Shown here: piece after piece, positions 23,798 to 35,864 of the stretch
Layout: each line of letters begins with the position of its first letter
How positions within the stretch are numbered: position 1 is the first letter of the stretch
Assembly: GCA_963806535.1 (NCBI GenBank)
Contig: CAWDYC010000011.1
Coordinates: 128,001-192,000 of the forward strand
Length of the DNA: 64,000 nt
Reading direction: 5' to 3'
Origin: Candidatus Bathyarchaeota archaeon
GTDB lineage: Archaea; Thermoproteota; Bathyarchaeia; Bathyarchaeales; Bathycorpusculaceae
Notes under the pieces: generated by a model
Database searches by the model: none
Told to the model about the DNA's origin: nothing
Seen by the model: only the letters and a program-made list of their open reading frames with translations
Position numbers and translations under genes: made by a program

Positions 23798-24016
23798 ATC
23801 TACCGTTAATATGTTTAGTCTTAAAAATTTTAGTGTATACAACTATTATGGGTCATTAATGCATTCGGATTCTGCTTAGGCAAGTTTAAATCCGCCTGCA
23901 AGAGTTGTGTGTAATTCTCGATTAAAGTTTTTTTCATTTTTTTGACGAATCTCCTCGTTTGTGTCGACCAATATGAATAAATTATTCAATACTGTGTGAA
24001 TTAATTTCATAGAAGT

Positions 24017-24721
24017 ATGCGCATGAAGAAGAAAACGAAGCTAATGACGCTGACAATTGCAATAATCATTCTCGTCTCGCCTCTTGCAATTTTTAAAATA
24101 ACTAATTTACAAAACTCAAAGGCGCCCCCAATCTCCACAAGTAGTCCTACTCGGGTCGCATGCGTAGGCGACAGCATCACCGAAATCACCGGATATCCCT
24201 CAGCCCTTCAATCGATGCTCGGAAAAAACTACACCGTAGGAAACTTCGGTGCCACCGGATCAACCGTACTGCTTAACTCCTGGAAACCTTACATGAATCA
24301 ACCCCAGTTTGAAAACGCTGAAGCCTTCGAACCTAATATTATCGTCATTATGCTTGGAACAAACGATGACCTTAAGGAGCTTGAACAGTACAATGATACT
24401 TTTGAGGATGATTACACCAAACTAGTTTCCTCCTTCCAACAGCTTCAAACGAATCCACAGATTCTAATTGCAAATTCTCCTCCGATTTTCAGTAACAGTT
24501 CAGACTTAAACTCTTCATATTTGGCGGACACTATTATTCCACAAACTGCTAACTTGGCAGACAAAATGAGTTTGCCATTAATTGATGTGTACGATTCATT
24601 TGAGAACCACACTGATTACTTTGTAGATGGAGTGCATCCTAACAGTGAAGGAGCGGCGCTTATTGCAGCTGATGTATGCGACACAATAGATCCTTCTTGG
24701 AACGTAACTCAATCACCTTAG
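24017..24721 (+). CDS. SGNH/GDSL esterase-lipase, membrane anchored
   Basis: GDSIT, LGTND, DGVHP. Confidence 0.92.
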   Translation: MRMKKKTKLMTLTIAIIILVSPLAIFKITNLQNSKAPPISTSSPTRVACVGDSITEITGYPSALQSMLGKNYTVGNFGATGSTVLLNSWKPYMNQPQFENAEAFEPNIIVIMLGTNDDLKELEQYNDTFEDDYTKLVSSFQQLQTNPQILIANSPPIFSNSSDLNSSYLADTIIPQTANLADKMSLPLIDVYDSFENHTDYFVDGVHPNSEGAALIAADVCDTIDPSWNVTQSP

Positions 24722-24779
24722 CGAAAACGTAACTAGTTTTTTATAAGTCTGCTACTGAATTATTGAATGGTGACAAGTG

Positions 24780-25545
24780 ATGGCTAAGCTGGCAAATCAA
24801 GTAGCGGATTATGGTAACTGGGTTTCGAAACGATTGATCTATACATTTGGCATATTGGGTGGGCTGTTTTTAGCATTTGGTTTCCTCCTTTGGATTCTGA
24901 CATTTCCTGCCCTAATATGCTTCGCAATAGCAGCTTACTTTGCTTATGCACGCTACCTATTCTCTCCTAAAGGAGGAAACGTCCAGAACAAAATTTGGGA
25001 TTTAGTTATTTCAAATTTAGATTGGAACGGCGAAGGAAAAGCATTAGATATAGGTTGTGGCAACGGCGCCTTATCTATAAGACTTGCAAAGAAGTTTTCC
25101 GCTGCCACGAGTAATTGGGATTGATTTTTGGGGAGAAAGATGGGAGTACTCAAAGAGCACTTGTGAGGCAAATGCAAAAGCTGAGGGGATAGATGAACGA
25201 GTGGGGTTTCAGAAAGCAAGTGCTTCGAAATTGCCGTTTGAGGATGAATATTTTGATGCGGCGGTAAGCAATTTGTGTTTTCATGAGGTTAGCGATTCAA
25301 AAGACAAACGCGAAGTTATCCGTGAGGCTTTGCGTGTTGTTAAGAAAGGCGGCAAATTCGCCTTTCAAGATCTTTTTATGCTCAAAAAAGTCTACGGAGA
25401 ACCTGAAGAGTTGGTTGCTACCATAAAAAGCTGGGGAATCTCTAAGGCGGAATTCGTGGAAACAAGAAATTCACTCTTTATCCCTAGGGCTTTAAAGTTG
25501 CCGTTTATGACTGGACCAATTGGGATAATTAGAGGAGAAAAATAA
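24780..25545 (+). CDS. Class I SAM-dependent methyltransferase with N-terminal TM segments (frameshift near 25100)
   Basis: LDIGCGNG, then GIDFW...LPFEDEYFDAAVSN...RVVKKGG in the next frame. Confidence 0.88.
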
Positions 25546-25562
25546 ACCTTAAAAAAAATTAC

Positions 25563-27038
25563 TTAACTAACATTTGGAAAAGTTTGGTTCCAATAGTAAA
25601 CTTGCTGATATCGCCCAGCTACTTGAAAGGCAGAATCGTCGTAAACTATATCCAATTTAGAACCATATTTCTGAAGACACGCCTGAAGTGCAGTCCAAAC
25701 TTCCGGAGAGGCGGAGTCTGGCTGCCAAATCCCCCAAATGTTATCTTGCAAAGAGCGCATACCCCAGCCATAATTCTTAGGTAAAACCAAAACTGCCTCG
25801 GCTTTGACTCCGCCGTTAATCACCGTTTTATTTTGAACTGTGTTATTCCAGAATCTCTGCAGAGCAGAGAAATGTTCATCTTGCAAAATGCCATATTGAT
25901 TGTTATCTGGGTAGGTTGGGTAATTGAAAACAACAATGTATTTTGCTCCAGCCTCGTAAGCTGAACGCATCTGATCGTACATTTCCGTTCCATTTTCCAA
26001 GTATGGTTGATGATCGTATTTCCAAGTGATAATTGCACCCCAATCTTTGCCTTGTAAGTCGGCAGCCCCGCGTGCTAGGGCAATGTCCTGCGTTTCAGTG
26101 TGATTCCAACCGATTTGCGCAAAAACAACATCGTAGCCTCCCAAGTAATCATACCAGTAAAGCGCATAATCTGAAGTGAAAACTTTAACACTTGTTTGGC
26201 TACGTAACCAACCGGTAGTATTTCGGCAAGTATCAACTAAACTGTTTGCTACTTCATCGTAAGTTTGGAATGGTCGTTGAGCAATAATTTGGTTATACAG
26301 CTCTATTTTAGGCAGTTTGTTTGTATCGATAACTTGAGAAATTATTTTATCGTTATCATCTAAAAGGTAAGCCGTGCCATTAGCTTCGATTAAGTAGCTG
26401 CTTCTACTGGGAAGTGTGGCATTCACTGTTAACTGAATGGTTCCATCTGGCTTGTAGTAAATTGAAGTATCTGAAGTTTCTACGGATATAGAACCATTTT
26501 GTTCGTAATTGATCCGTGTCCCGTCTGGTTTGATAACTGTTGTCACACTAGAAACTTTGCTGATGATATAGCCAGTTTTTGAATCCAATAAGTTCAAGTT
26601 TGAGGAATCTAGCGTTTTTCCGCCTGGCTCATCGTCGTAATAAATGCCTAAAAGGTTGTTTCCCAACTTCTCATTGCTTAAAAAATTGGTTATGTTTTCT
26701 CTGTTATATTCCACTGAACCAAAGTAAACAATTACATGTAAACTCTTTGCAACTGCATAGTTGCATATCTCATTTATGGCAGAGAAATTCTTTTGCAGTG
26801 AACCCGACTGAATAACAAAAAGATTCGTGTAATTTTCAACTCTATCAATGAGTAATTCGGCTGCTGTAACATTATCACCGCAATATGTTACTCCAACATA
26901 AAACGGAGCATTCGGCAATGCAGTTGTTGCTTTTGATGAATTTTGATTTAAGAATTGATAGTTGTCGGCAATCAGAAAAGAGGTAGATAAAACTATGGCA
27001 ACAATAACTACGGCTGCAATAACTAGCCTTTTCCTCAT
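25563..27038 (-). CDS. Secreted or membrane-anchored hypothetical protein (possible TIM-barrel glycoside-hydrolase-like)
   Basis: Signal anchor, GIYYDDEPG motif, aromatic-rich. Confidence 0.6.
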   Translation of the reverse strand: MRKRLVIAAVVIVAIVLSTSFLIADNYQFLNQNSSKATTALPNAPFYVGVTYCGDNVTAAELLIDRVENYTNLFVIQSGSLQKNFSAINEICNYAVAKSLHVIVYFGSVEYNRENITNFLSNEKLGNNLLGIYYDDEPGGKTLDSSNLNLLDSKTGYIISKVSSVTTVIKPDGTRINYEQNGSISVETSDTSIYYKPDGTIQLTVNATLPSRSSYLIEANGTAYLLDDNDKIISQVIDTNKLPKIELYNQIIAQRPFQTYDEVANSLVDTCRNTTGWLRSQTSVKVFTSDYALYWYDYLGGYDVVFAQIGWNHTETQDIALARGAADLQGKDWGAIITWKYDHQPYLENGTEMYDQMRSAYEAGAKYIVVFNYPTYPDNNQYGILQDEHFSALQRFWNNTVQNKTVINGGVKAEAVLVLPKNYGWGMRSLQDNIWGIWQPDSASPEVWTALQACLQKYGSKLDIVYDDSAFQVAGRYQQVYYWNQTFPNVS

Positions 27039-27140
27039 TTGCTAATCCTGCTTCCACCTATCGATATACTGTTATAAATATTGGGTCAAATCAGATAAAA
27101 TTATTAAATTCCTAAAAAAAACTGTTTAATGAAAATGCAG

Positions 27141-27572
27141 TTATTTTGTCCATTTGCCTTGTGCCCATGTGTTGAAGGATGTTGGCGTCACTTTGATTAT
27201 AGGTATGTCGCCTTCTTTCCAACTGCCTGCTTCAGAACGATATTCGGGGTATTTTTCTTTGAGAAGGTCATGGGCATAACGATATTCTTTGCCATTCAAC
27301 ATGATAGTTGCTTCTCCCTGAACACGTATGCCCTTGATGATTGACCAGTTGTCTCTATCGTAATCATCAAACACTAAAGATACCTCTGGGTTAGCTTCAA
27401 TTTGCTCTAGCTTTGGAGTGTCAGGGTCAGATGCAATGTAAATGTTTAAGCCGTCGAAAACCGGCCAAACAGGCCTCACTATAGGCTCACATTCTTCAGT
27501 TGCTGTAGCTAATCGACACACGGGTAATTGCTGCATAAACGCAACATCTTTTTTGGATAGTTTTTGTACCAT
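27141..27572 (-). CDS. Pyridoxamine 5'-phosphate oxidase-like flavin-binding protein
   Basis: RLAT...P.VRPVW...K...I.ANP.VSL.FD pattern. Confidence 0.85.
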   Translation of the reverse strand: MVQKLSKKDVAFMQQLPVCRLATATEECEPIVRPVWPVFDGLNIYIASDPDTPKLEQIEANPEVSLVFDDYDRDNWSIIKGIRVQGEATIMLNGKEYRYAHDLLKEKYPEYRSEAGSWKEGDIPIIKVTPTSFNTWAQGKWTK

Positions 27573-27714
27573 TCCCAGAACCTACCAGAAACACCTATCT
27601 TTAATGTTTGTATCGGGGATATTTCTCTATTTCCCTTCAGTATCTCATCTTCGGCGAATATTGTTAGGTTATGCCAAGGAAGCGGAATAAGATTTCGACG
27701 TTTCTCAAGTCGAG

Positions 27715-27812
27715 TGCTGAATTGAGTTATTGAAGATTTTTTGTGCAGTTTTATTCTTTGTGTTTTGGTTTTCTTTCTTGTTTCAAAGCTTAAATCCTTT
27801 GCAGGTTGCGTC
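27715..27812 (+). repeat. Dispersed ~100-bp non-coding repeat, copy 1
   Basis: TGCTGAATTGAGTTA...TTTGTGTTTTGGTTT..TTTCTTGTTTCAAAGCTTAAATCCTTTGCAGGTTGCGTC, shared with 35765 and (inverted) 49473. Confidence 0.85.
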
Positions 27813-28296
27813 TTTATCTGTAAGAATCCGTAAACATGTGTAAGACTTTGTATGAAAAGTGAAAGAAAGGGAATGATCGAAGGCTTCCAATCTTTGGAAT
27901 TTTTTGTTCATTGTTTTTTAACTTGCTTCTTTAGATCAGATTTGGTTCGTTTTTAAGTTGCTTCTCCTCGCGTCCCCAAAAAAGTTAATGCCTCCAAAAT
28001 TTGAGACCACCAAACCCTGTCTGATCGATCTTAAGCAGGATCTATAGGTATTACTACTTATGAATTGAATAGAATGAAGTGATTATAGGTGGGAGCAGAT
28101 TCGTTCCTCTCAAAGAATTGAATAATATACCAAGTTACAACAGACTTTAGTGAAGTCTCTCGGGGCTACATTTCCTAGCGTACACTTTCAATATGGGACC
28201 GGTTGTATCCCTGCGCAAAAATCTTTCAATAATATGCTTCTTAGTGGTTTGTTCAAGCTTGTATCGGTTCGAGTTAGATGTTTGACTTTCTAACTT

Positions 28297-29451
28297 TTAG
28301 GTCGACTTGTTTTCTTGTTCTGTTTCCTTGGCCGACGTCTCGTTTGTTAATTCCTGCTTATCAATTGGCGAGTTTCGGTCGATCGATAGCTCACTTGATG
28401 TGCCGACAATTGGTCTGTTAGAAGTTTCAGGGAAAATATTTTTTCGTCTTTTTCGCAAATCCAGAATCAAGATTATTATGCTTGACGTGGCTCCTACTGC
28501 GACAGCGCCATAGGCTACTTCATGAGCCGCGTTATAACTCAATATAAAAAACATGGAGAATATGCTAGACCCAAAAAAGTTAGTTGCAATACCCAGAGCG
28601 TAAAATATTAAACCAAATGCTACAATCAATGCAATTAGCGATTTTCGTCTCTGATGCATAGCCTCAAATAGAGGGCGCTTTCTAGAGGCGGTTTTCAGGG
28701 GCTGGTCGCCTATGGTCTGTCTTACGCTTTTGTTGTCCGTGAACGCTTTCTGGCGGGGGCTGAACGCTTTCTTGTTATTGTGCTCCTTGATTATCATGCC
28801 ATCCCGCATCTCAAACACTCTACTAGCCATGCTTGCAATTGATGGGTCATGAGTAACAACAATGACTGTTGCGCCCTCATGGTTCGATAGGTCTCGGAGC
28901 GCGTGCACAACTTCTTTGCCTGTTTTAGAGTCTAAGTCGCCTGTAGGCTCATCTGCCAAAACTATGGAAGGCTTATTTGCGAGGGCTCTGACAATGGCTA
29001 CGCGTTGCTGTTCTCCACCGCTTAGTTCATCAGGTCTATGATGCAGGCGGTCGCCTAACCCAACCATTTTCAGCAGCTCTCGTGCCCTGTTTTCCCGCTC
29101 TTTTGTTGGCACCCCCGCTATTAGCATGGGTAATTCAACGTTTTCAAACGCTGACAAGACAGGAATCAAATTATAAAATTGAAAGATGAAGCCGATGGTG
29201 CTTCGTCGAAGCTTGGTTAGATCCTTCTCTTTTAGAAGGGTGAGGTCTATTCCGTCAACGTAGATTTTGCCTTTGCTTGGTTTATCTAAAACACCGATTA
29301 AGTTAAGCAGGGTTGTTTTGCCTGACCCTGAAGGACCCATAAAAGCCACAAACTCGCCCTTCTTTAACTCCAAGTTGACTCCTTTTAAGGCATGAACCTT
29401 GTTTTCTCCAAGCCTGTAAGTTTTTTCAACTTCAACAACTTTAACGGACAA
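28297..29451 (-). CDS. ABC transporter ATP-binding protein (LolD/MacB type) with C-terminal TM extension
   Basis: GPSGSGKT, LSGGEQQR, ADEPTGDLD, VTH. Confidence 0.9.
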   Translation of the reverse strand: MSVKVVEVEKTYRLGENKVHALKGVNLELKKGEFVAFMGPSGSGKTTLLNLIGVLDKPSKGKIYVDGIDLTLLKEKDLTKLRRSTIGFIFQFYNLIPVLSAFENVELPMLIAGVPTKERENRARELLKMVGLGDRLHHRPDELSGGEQQRVAIVRALANKPSIVLADEPTGDLDSKTGKEVVHALRDLSNHEGATVIVVTHDPSIASMASRVFEMRDGMIIKEHNNKKAFSPRQKAFTDNKSVRQTIGDQPLKTASRKRPLFEAMHQRRKSLIALIVAFGLIFYALGIATNFFGSSIFSMFFILSYNAAHEVAYGAVAVGATSSIIILILDLRKRRKNIFPETSNRPIVGTSSELSIDRNSPIDKQELTNETSAKETEQENKST

Positions 29452-29570
29452 TTTTCTCTCCTCAAAAACCGTTAATTAAGAAATTACGTGTAACAAATAA
29501 TCTTTAGGTTGTTTGCATTAAAAAAGGTTAGGGAAGCAAGACAAAATGAAGGCATTGAACGCTCAAGACT

Positions 29571-29879
29571 GTGGAAGCATTGTTCATTTTAGTATTCGGA
29601 GTCTTCCATTTTGCCATACCGTTCATTTTTCCCCCAAACTCCAATGATACCAATCTTTTTGGATCTTTGCGTATTGCGGATTTTGTGCTTCCAGGATGCT
29701 TCACTTTAGCAATCGTAAGCATCATTTTTTACGTAACAAATAACCGTTATCCAGCAGCGTTACTTGCATTCCTGTACAGCGGCGGCATCATTTTCCATAC
29801 GTTATATCTTTTAGGACTGTTTCCATCGGTAATTATTGTTCCAACCAAGCTTAATTTTGGTTGCAGGCATCGTGGTTGA
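29571..29879 (+). CDS. Small membrane protein (ends probably frameshifted)
   Basis: Three to four hydrophobic segments. Confidence 0.5.
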   Translation: MEALFILVFGVFHFAIPFIFPPNSNDTNLFGSLRIADFVLPGCFTLAIVSIIFYVTNNRYPAALLAFLYSGGIIFHTLYLLGLFPSVIIVPTKLNFGCRHRG

Positions 29880-29939
29880 TGCGCTTGTCGATTGTGGCAA
29901 TTTACGATTATTACCGTCGAGTTCACTTCAATCGCTCGA

Positions 29940-32670
29940 TTATTGCCTAATTGAGTCAACAATGTTTTGTTTTGAAGCTCTGTTAGCGGGGTAAACTGCG
30001 CTAATCACTGCGGTTAAAAGTGCAAGGAACAAGCGTAATTGCCATAGCGTCGAAGGGTATTATGAATGCCATTGGGAAACCTGCCACACGCATGTAGCTG
30101 ACTGTGACTCTGTGGAACATTAAGCCAACAGTTATGCCCATGGCGAAACCGACGACTCCGAGAAATGTTGCTTCACCGATTATTGACGTTACCACTTGGG
30201 ATTTGCTCATGCCTTGAGACCTGTATATTCCAATTTCTCGTCGGCGCTCAGCAACGTTCATTATCATTATTGCAGCTACGCCTATTCCAGCGTTTAAAAC
30301 TGCAAAGGCAACAACTGGAGTATAGAATGTAGAATATTTGGTCAATTGAGCTTTTTACACGTTGGACCGCGTCATTGTAGGTTGTTATGCTTAGCTTGTA
30401 CTCGTTTCCGTAGGAATCTTGTATGCTATTTTTGGTTTGGTCAATGTTTGTGTTCGCGTCAACTTTTACGAAGAACAGGTTAGCTTTGTCGTTGTAGTCG
30501 TTTGATGAGTTGGGAATGTCTCGTTGAGGTTGTTGTAAGAAATGTATGATGCTTCAGAGAGCATAAAGTTGCCAAACGACATTATGTCAAGCCAAGCACC
30601 CTGTGCTATGCCAACGACGGTGAAGTTTTTCCAAGCTAAAACTGGGACAGTGTAATTGTATGGAATGCGTGCCATATTGGGTTTGGTATTGTCCTGTGCG
30701 GTTTTCGTAGTTAAGTAGCGGATTTTGACTTCATCCCCGACCGACGACGTTAAGCGATTTAGCCAGACGGCGAAGTCAAGATAATTGTGTCAGAATCGTT
30801 TAACTTTCTCAAAAACGTTTGATGGTGTGTCGTCGCTAAAAGTCATAGACATAACTTTGGGGTAAGAGGCTGGGTCAATCGCAAGCACTGTTGAGGAGGA
30901 ATTTATCGGCGAAGAAGACGCGTCATTTTGGATTATGGTTTGGTCAGGAACCACAAGAAGCGGCGTGGTAGCGTTTACTGCGCAATATTTGTGATGTTAT
31001 CGGTGAAGGATTTTGGAATCATGTTGTCAGACATAACTGTCAAATCTGAGCTTGAAAAAGAACGAATTACATTCTCTAACTCCGGCGACTGTGCCAATCT
31101 GTGCTCCACTCATAACAACGACTAAACTCAACGACATGCCAATGAGCGCAAAACAAATGGTGCTTCTAAGCAAGTTGCGCTCGACGTTTCGGGAAATGAT
31201 TTTTCTGGTTTTGCCAAAACCAAACAGGCTTCGTTCTATTACTGGACCGCCACTTCTTAGCAAGCCAGCCGCAAGCAATGTCACGCCAAGCATAGCTATT
31301 GGGGCAAGCGCTGATACCACGTACAAGCCAATGCCGTACTGCGAGAATATAGTCATACCATACAAAGATGAAGGCGCCAAAAATTGTCAGCGGCAACCCG
31401 ACGAGGATAAGTTTTAGGGCGGTTCTCTGTTTGCCTGGCTTTCTCATCGATGGACGTAGCGCGTTGATTATGTCTGTTCTGCATGCTGACAGCGATGGGA
31501 AAAGTCCGCCAATCATTACCGTTAACAAGCCAGCTGCCGCACCCAAAATCAGATGCTGTATGGTTGTTGGAGGAAAAGAAAACTTGAAGGTGATGCCCGG
31601 CGAGAAGGGCTGGAAAATTTTTGAAGTTAAATAACGGAAAATGTCTGTTACAAATAATCCTGAAACAAGCCCTATGGCTACGCCGATTAATCCAAGAATT
31701 AGGCTTTCTGAGAAGAATATCCAAAAAACCTGTCGTGTAGAAGCACCTTGTGAGCGTAATATGCCGATTTCATGTGTGCGTTCGCCAATGTTCATGTACA
31801 TGGTGTTTAAAACGATAACTATGGCAACGCAAAGCGCCATTACTGACATGATTTGCAAGCCGCTCTGTAAGCCTGACGGTTGCTCTGCTTACAATGTTGA
31901 GCAGGCTTTCTTTTACTGGGTTAACGATGTAGTCGCTGCCTAACCTGCTGTTAAGGTCGTTTACTACGTGTGCTTGTTTGCTTTGAATCTGTGAGCTTTA
32001 TGCTTATTGAGTTAATTTGGTCTGTGTAGTTTAGCATTGTTTGAGCTTTTGTTAAGTCAACGTAGATTCTGTATCCAGTGTAGCCTTGGCCAAATACGCC
32101 GCCGTATTGGTTTTCAAACTGGCTGGAATGGTAAAGGCCTACAACTTTTAAGGGTGTAATTTTCTGATTCGAAAGTTGGGAAGGAGCCGGTTTCAACATT
32201 GACTATTCAGTCTTTGGCCTATGGTAAAGTTTAGTCTATCATCTACTACCGCATCTGAACTGTTAATTGGCAGCTGTATTTGCCCAGTGATGTTTGTGGC
32301 TGAAGAATCGACGTAATCAAAATCTGAAGGTGGTGTTAACACCAACTAACTGTAGTGCTAACCCAATCCGAACGGCTTCAGAAATGTTGACTTGACCACT
32401 TAATCTTCCATAATAATCTGCAACACCGCTAGTTTGGTTTACTGTGATAAGAATGGTTTGGTTGAAAGGCAAATTCAAGCCTGACCTGATGCTTACATCA
32501 ACGTTTCCTATTGCCTGATTAACTGTAACTCCAAATTGGTCATAGACGCTGTCAAAGGCAATGTTTACTCCAACAATAAGTGTAACACCTAAGATGACGG
32601 CAAGAATGGTTAAGGAATTGCGGAGTTTTCGCTTAGGTATATTCCTAAACGCTATTGAAGTAAAAGACAA
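29940..32670 (-). CDS. FtsX/MacB-like ABC permease, two-repeat (heavily frameshifted)
   Basis: RNIPKRKLRNSLT, ERTHEIGILRSQGAS, ERRREIGIYRSQGMS and C-terminal YPANRASKQNIVDSIRQ, spread over many ORF pieces. Confidence 0.85.
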
Positions 32671-32872
32671 AAATATACCTCTTTTCCGCCTAAAAATTAG
32701 TACTTTAGCGATAATATAAAAGGAGGTTTTGTGTATATAAAAGTTAATTACTAAGTTTGTGCATAATATAAAATGCTAAAGTAAGCAAATAACTTAGCCC
32801 CTTTTAGCTGGCAATTCACCATGAAAGGAGAGATTTTTAGGAAAATGTTTACGAATTTAAAAATTAGAACGT

Positions 32873-33843
32873 ATGACTTTTTGGGAAAACAAGAATTTTC
32901 TAAAAAACGGTATCTAAGAAAACAATGGGCGTTCAATGGCTCTTATCGGCGAAGATGGAGACGCTGTTGAAACTGTAAGTCGTTGTCCAACATGGTTTTC
33001 TTCTCTTGATTTCAGGAGCAACAACATTATTTTCTTAAAGGGCAAGGCGTTGCAGGAATGAATGATTTAGCTTATCCAATGGCGAACCCAATGTTTGGTG
33101 ATTTATTTGTTAATCAATTTAAAATTGGAAAAGTTGATGCTGAATTGGTACCAAGTTTTGTGCCGCTTGCAATTACAGAGGTTAAACCGCTTGAAAAAAG
33201 CGTTGTAGTCTCGTACAAGGGTATAGGAGGTGGACCTGACTTAATTCGTTTATTGTCAAGCGGCGCAATACGATGCACCGAGCGACCTCTAAACCCACAT
33301 GGCAAAGCATTTGACACGGAATATAAACTTTACAGCAAAGTTGTTATAGGCGTTGATGATACTGACTCAGCGACTAAAGGTGCAACGTTTAACACGGCAT
33401 TGCAGTTAGCTTCAGTTCTAAACAGCTCATCAAAAGATTATCGTTTTCTTCGGTTAACGTTATCGCTGAATTGGCCTGCTAATCCTGTAAAGACAACGAA
33501 TAACGCGTCTTCAGGGTTGGTTTTTGCTGTTACCCCTGGAAAAGAAGAGGCGTTAGTGCGTGATTTTGAGCGGTTGATTAGGAAATACTCGATTTCTAAG
33601 GAAACGGGAATGGTTGTGATGACTAAGGTTCGGGCGCCAGAAGTGCTCAAAACTTACGCTCGGAAGGTTAAGCGAGAGCAGGTTACGGTTTCTGAAGCGT
33701 TAAAAGCAGCAGAGCAGGCGGGAGTAAAAACTATACCAATAACGGGTGAACGAGGCTTAATCGGTGCATTAGCAGTCGTAGGCTTGGTTGATGACGCTGA
33801 AGAAGCAGTTACTCCTGTAGTACAAAGTGAGTCGGCTGGGTAG
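32873..33843 (+). CDS. TiaS-N-terminal-domain / methanogenesis marker 11-like protein (5' part frameshifted, start approximate)
   Basis: VVIGVDDTDS..KGAT, NPVKTTNN, GERGLIGALA, preceded by VSYKGIGGG. Confidence 0.65.
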
Positions 33844-33853
33844 TGGTGGCCAG

Positions 33854-34498
33854 ATGAGGTTCCCAAGGGGCAAATGGATCCGTTTCGCCATTATTTACCT
33901 ATCATGGCAAGTTGCTTTTTCAGTCGCCGTTTCCCCTCTGGGCTTTAGAATCTTATCAGCAAAACAAATGGGTTTCACGCTGGAAACATTTTGGTTTGGT
34001 CTTCTTGTTGCTTCAGTGGTATTAACTTTAACAACATTGCTTGCTAGAACATCAATAGCTTACGGTTTATACTCTAAAGGTTTAAGCTACATTAAAACAA
34101 GAGAGGATTTCGAAAAGTTCTGGAGCACTTCACTGAGAGGATGCGACGACGGCTTAATAGCTGAGACACATTGGAGCGGGGCAATTTTGCCTCTGTTTAT
34201 GTTAGGCTTCGCAGCCATAGGCATTCCCTTCCCTTTTAACGCTATTCCAGCAATGTTCGCACGATGGGCAACGCATGTTGGTGCACATATGCTTTTTCCT
34301 AAGGAGAAGTCTGGAGAGCGAATGTTTGGCGGCATGAACTTTATCGCTAAAGGCCTTGCTTACGAGGACACGGTGGCTTCAATTAGTTTTCTGTTGTCGG
34401 GAAACATTATTGCGCCAGTTTTACTGCATCATTTAGGCGCTTACATTTCAACTTTTGCGGGAAATAAGGAGAGAATCGCCAAACACTTGGGTGTGTAG
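33854..34498 (+). CDS. Integral membrane protein, possibly CPBP/Abi metalloprotease-like
   Basis: Multiple TM segments with IAETHW, HVGAH and SGNIIAPVLLHH. Confidence 0.5.
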   Translation: MRFPRGKWIRFAIIYLSWQVAFSVAVSPLGFRILSAKQMGFTLETFWFGLLVASVVLTLTTLLARTSIAYGLYSKGLSYIKTREDFEKFWSTSLRGCDDGLIAETHWSGAILPLFMLGFAAIGIPFPFNAIPAMFARWATHVGAHMLFPKEKSGERMFGGMNFIAKGLAYEDTVASISFLLSGNIIAPVLLHHLGAYISTFAGNKERIAKHLGV

Positions 34499-34534
34499 AA
34501 ATTGGGAGGCTTAAAAAATAAAACTAAACTGACC

Positions 34535-35751
34535 ATGTTCTTGATTATTCTCTTTGTCAGTAGCCTTCTTTGCACAAACCCACCGAACATTAAGGCTCAA
34601 GCTACGCCAAACATAGTGAACACTCCGTTGACTTTTCATAATTACTCAAGTGATTCTTAATGATCCAAATGGTTCCTTCTGTGTTTACAATGGAGCAGAC
34701 GGCGCAACCATATCAGCCAACCCAACGCAAACCAATTTGATCTCGGAAATTACGGGGCAACAAGTTGTCTACGGTATGTCTTTTTCCTACTGGTCAGCTG
34801 TTATTATTTGGGCTGTTAAGTTGCCAATTGATTTGCATGTTAGATGGTTCCGTAAACATTAGAGCCTTCATCAGCAGCAACTTTAAGATCAGCGGACTTT
34901 TCAGCGGCGGCGGATACGGAATGGGTCTAGTAGACATTGACCAGAACAACAATGAAGTGCAACAATTCATTACTCAAGCTCCTTACACCCAGGGTGGCAA
35001 CCCATTTACAGCTTCGCCGACTCAATACAGCGTCAGCACTAACGTTGACTACACGTTCAAGGCGGGGCATTCGATCGGTTTCGCAGTCGGCTTAGGAGCA
35101 ACAACGCAAGGCTTCACTGCCACAGTTTATTTTGATTCAAATTCGTACAATTCAGGCGCCACGTTACCCGTTGAAGAGACAACACAGTGCCAAAGCTTCA
35201 ACGCGAACGGACAAAATATCGGGGTTGTCAGCAACTCAGCGATCTCAGGTTGTCAATTCAATTCCGCGGCAAACACCCTTCAGTTCCAAGCACAACTAAT
35301 CAGTTATACTACCGGATACTGCAACGTCAGCATCCCAAAAACGCTCTTGCAATCACCTTTTACAGTCTCCTCAGCCCAACAAACAATCCCATCAACATTA
35401 ACTGAAAACGCAACCCACTACCAAATCTATTTTACTCATACAAGAAACAGTAACCCAATTCAAATAACTGGAGCAGCAGTATCCTCTTCGCCTTCGTCAT
35501 CAACTGCTCCCACTGGCGCAATTTCGTCTTCTACACTTCCTCCCTCATCTAACTCTCCGTCGTCATCTACATCTCCAACACAAACATCCCCAAAGGCAAC
35601 GTCTTCCCCAGCAACAACAACTACACCGCCAACAGTCCCGGAAACGCAACTTCAAGATATCCTTGCAATATTCGTGTTATCAGCCATTTTCTTAATGCTT
35701 GCAGTGGTGTTTTGGAGAAGACGTTTAGCAAAAGGTAGCCTTTCGGATTGA
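34535..35751 (+). CDS. Secreted surface protein with Ser/Thr linker and PEF-CTERM-like anchor (frameshifted)
   Basis: Signal peptide, S/T/P-rich linker, VPET followed by TM and RRR tail. ORFs 34650 and 34765 are pieces. Confidence 0.7.
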
Positions 35752-35764
35752 TTTTTGAATTCAA

Positions 35765-35864
35765 TGCTGAATTGAGTTACCGACGGTTTTTGTGCGTTTT
35801 TTGTGTGCTTTGTGTTTTGGTTTGCTTTCTTGTTTCAAAGCTTCAATCCTTTGCAAGTTGCGTC
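35765..35864 (+). repeat. Dispersed ~100-bp non-coding repeat, copy 2
   Basis: Aligns end to end with 27715-27812. Confidence 0.85.

Noticed and set aside
23878-23912. Possible fourth copy of the dispersed repeat (AAGTTTAAATCCGCCTGCAAGAGTTG)
   Set aside because: Only about 25 bp of loose similarity, explainable as an ordinary TATA region.
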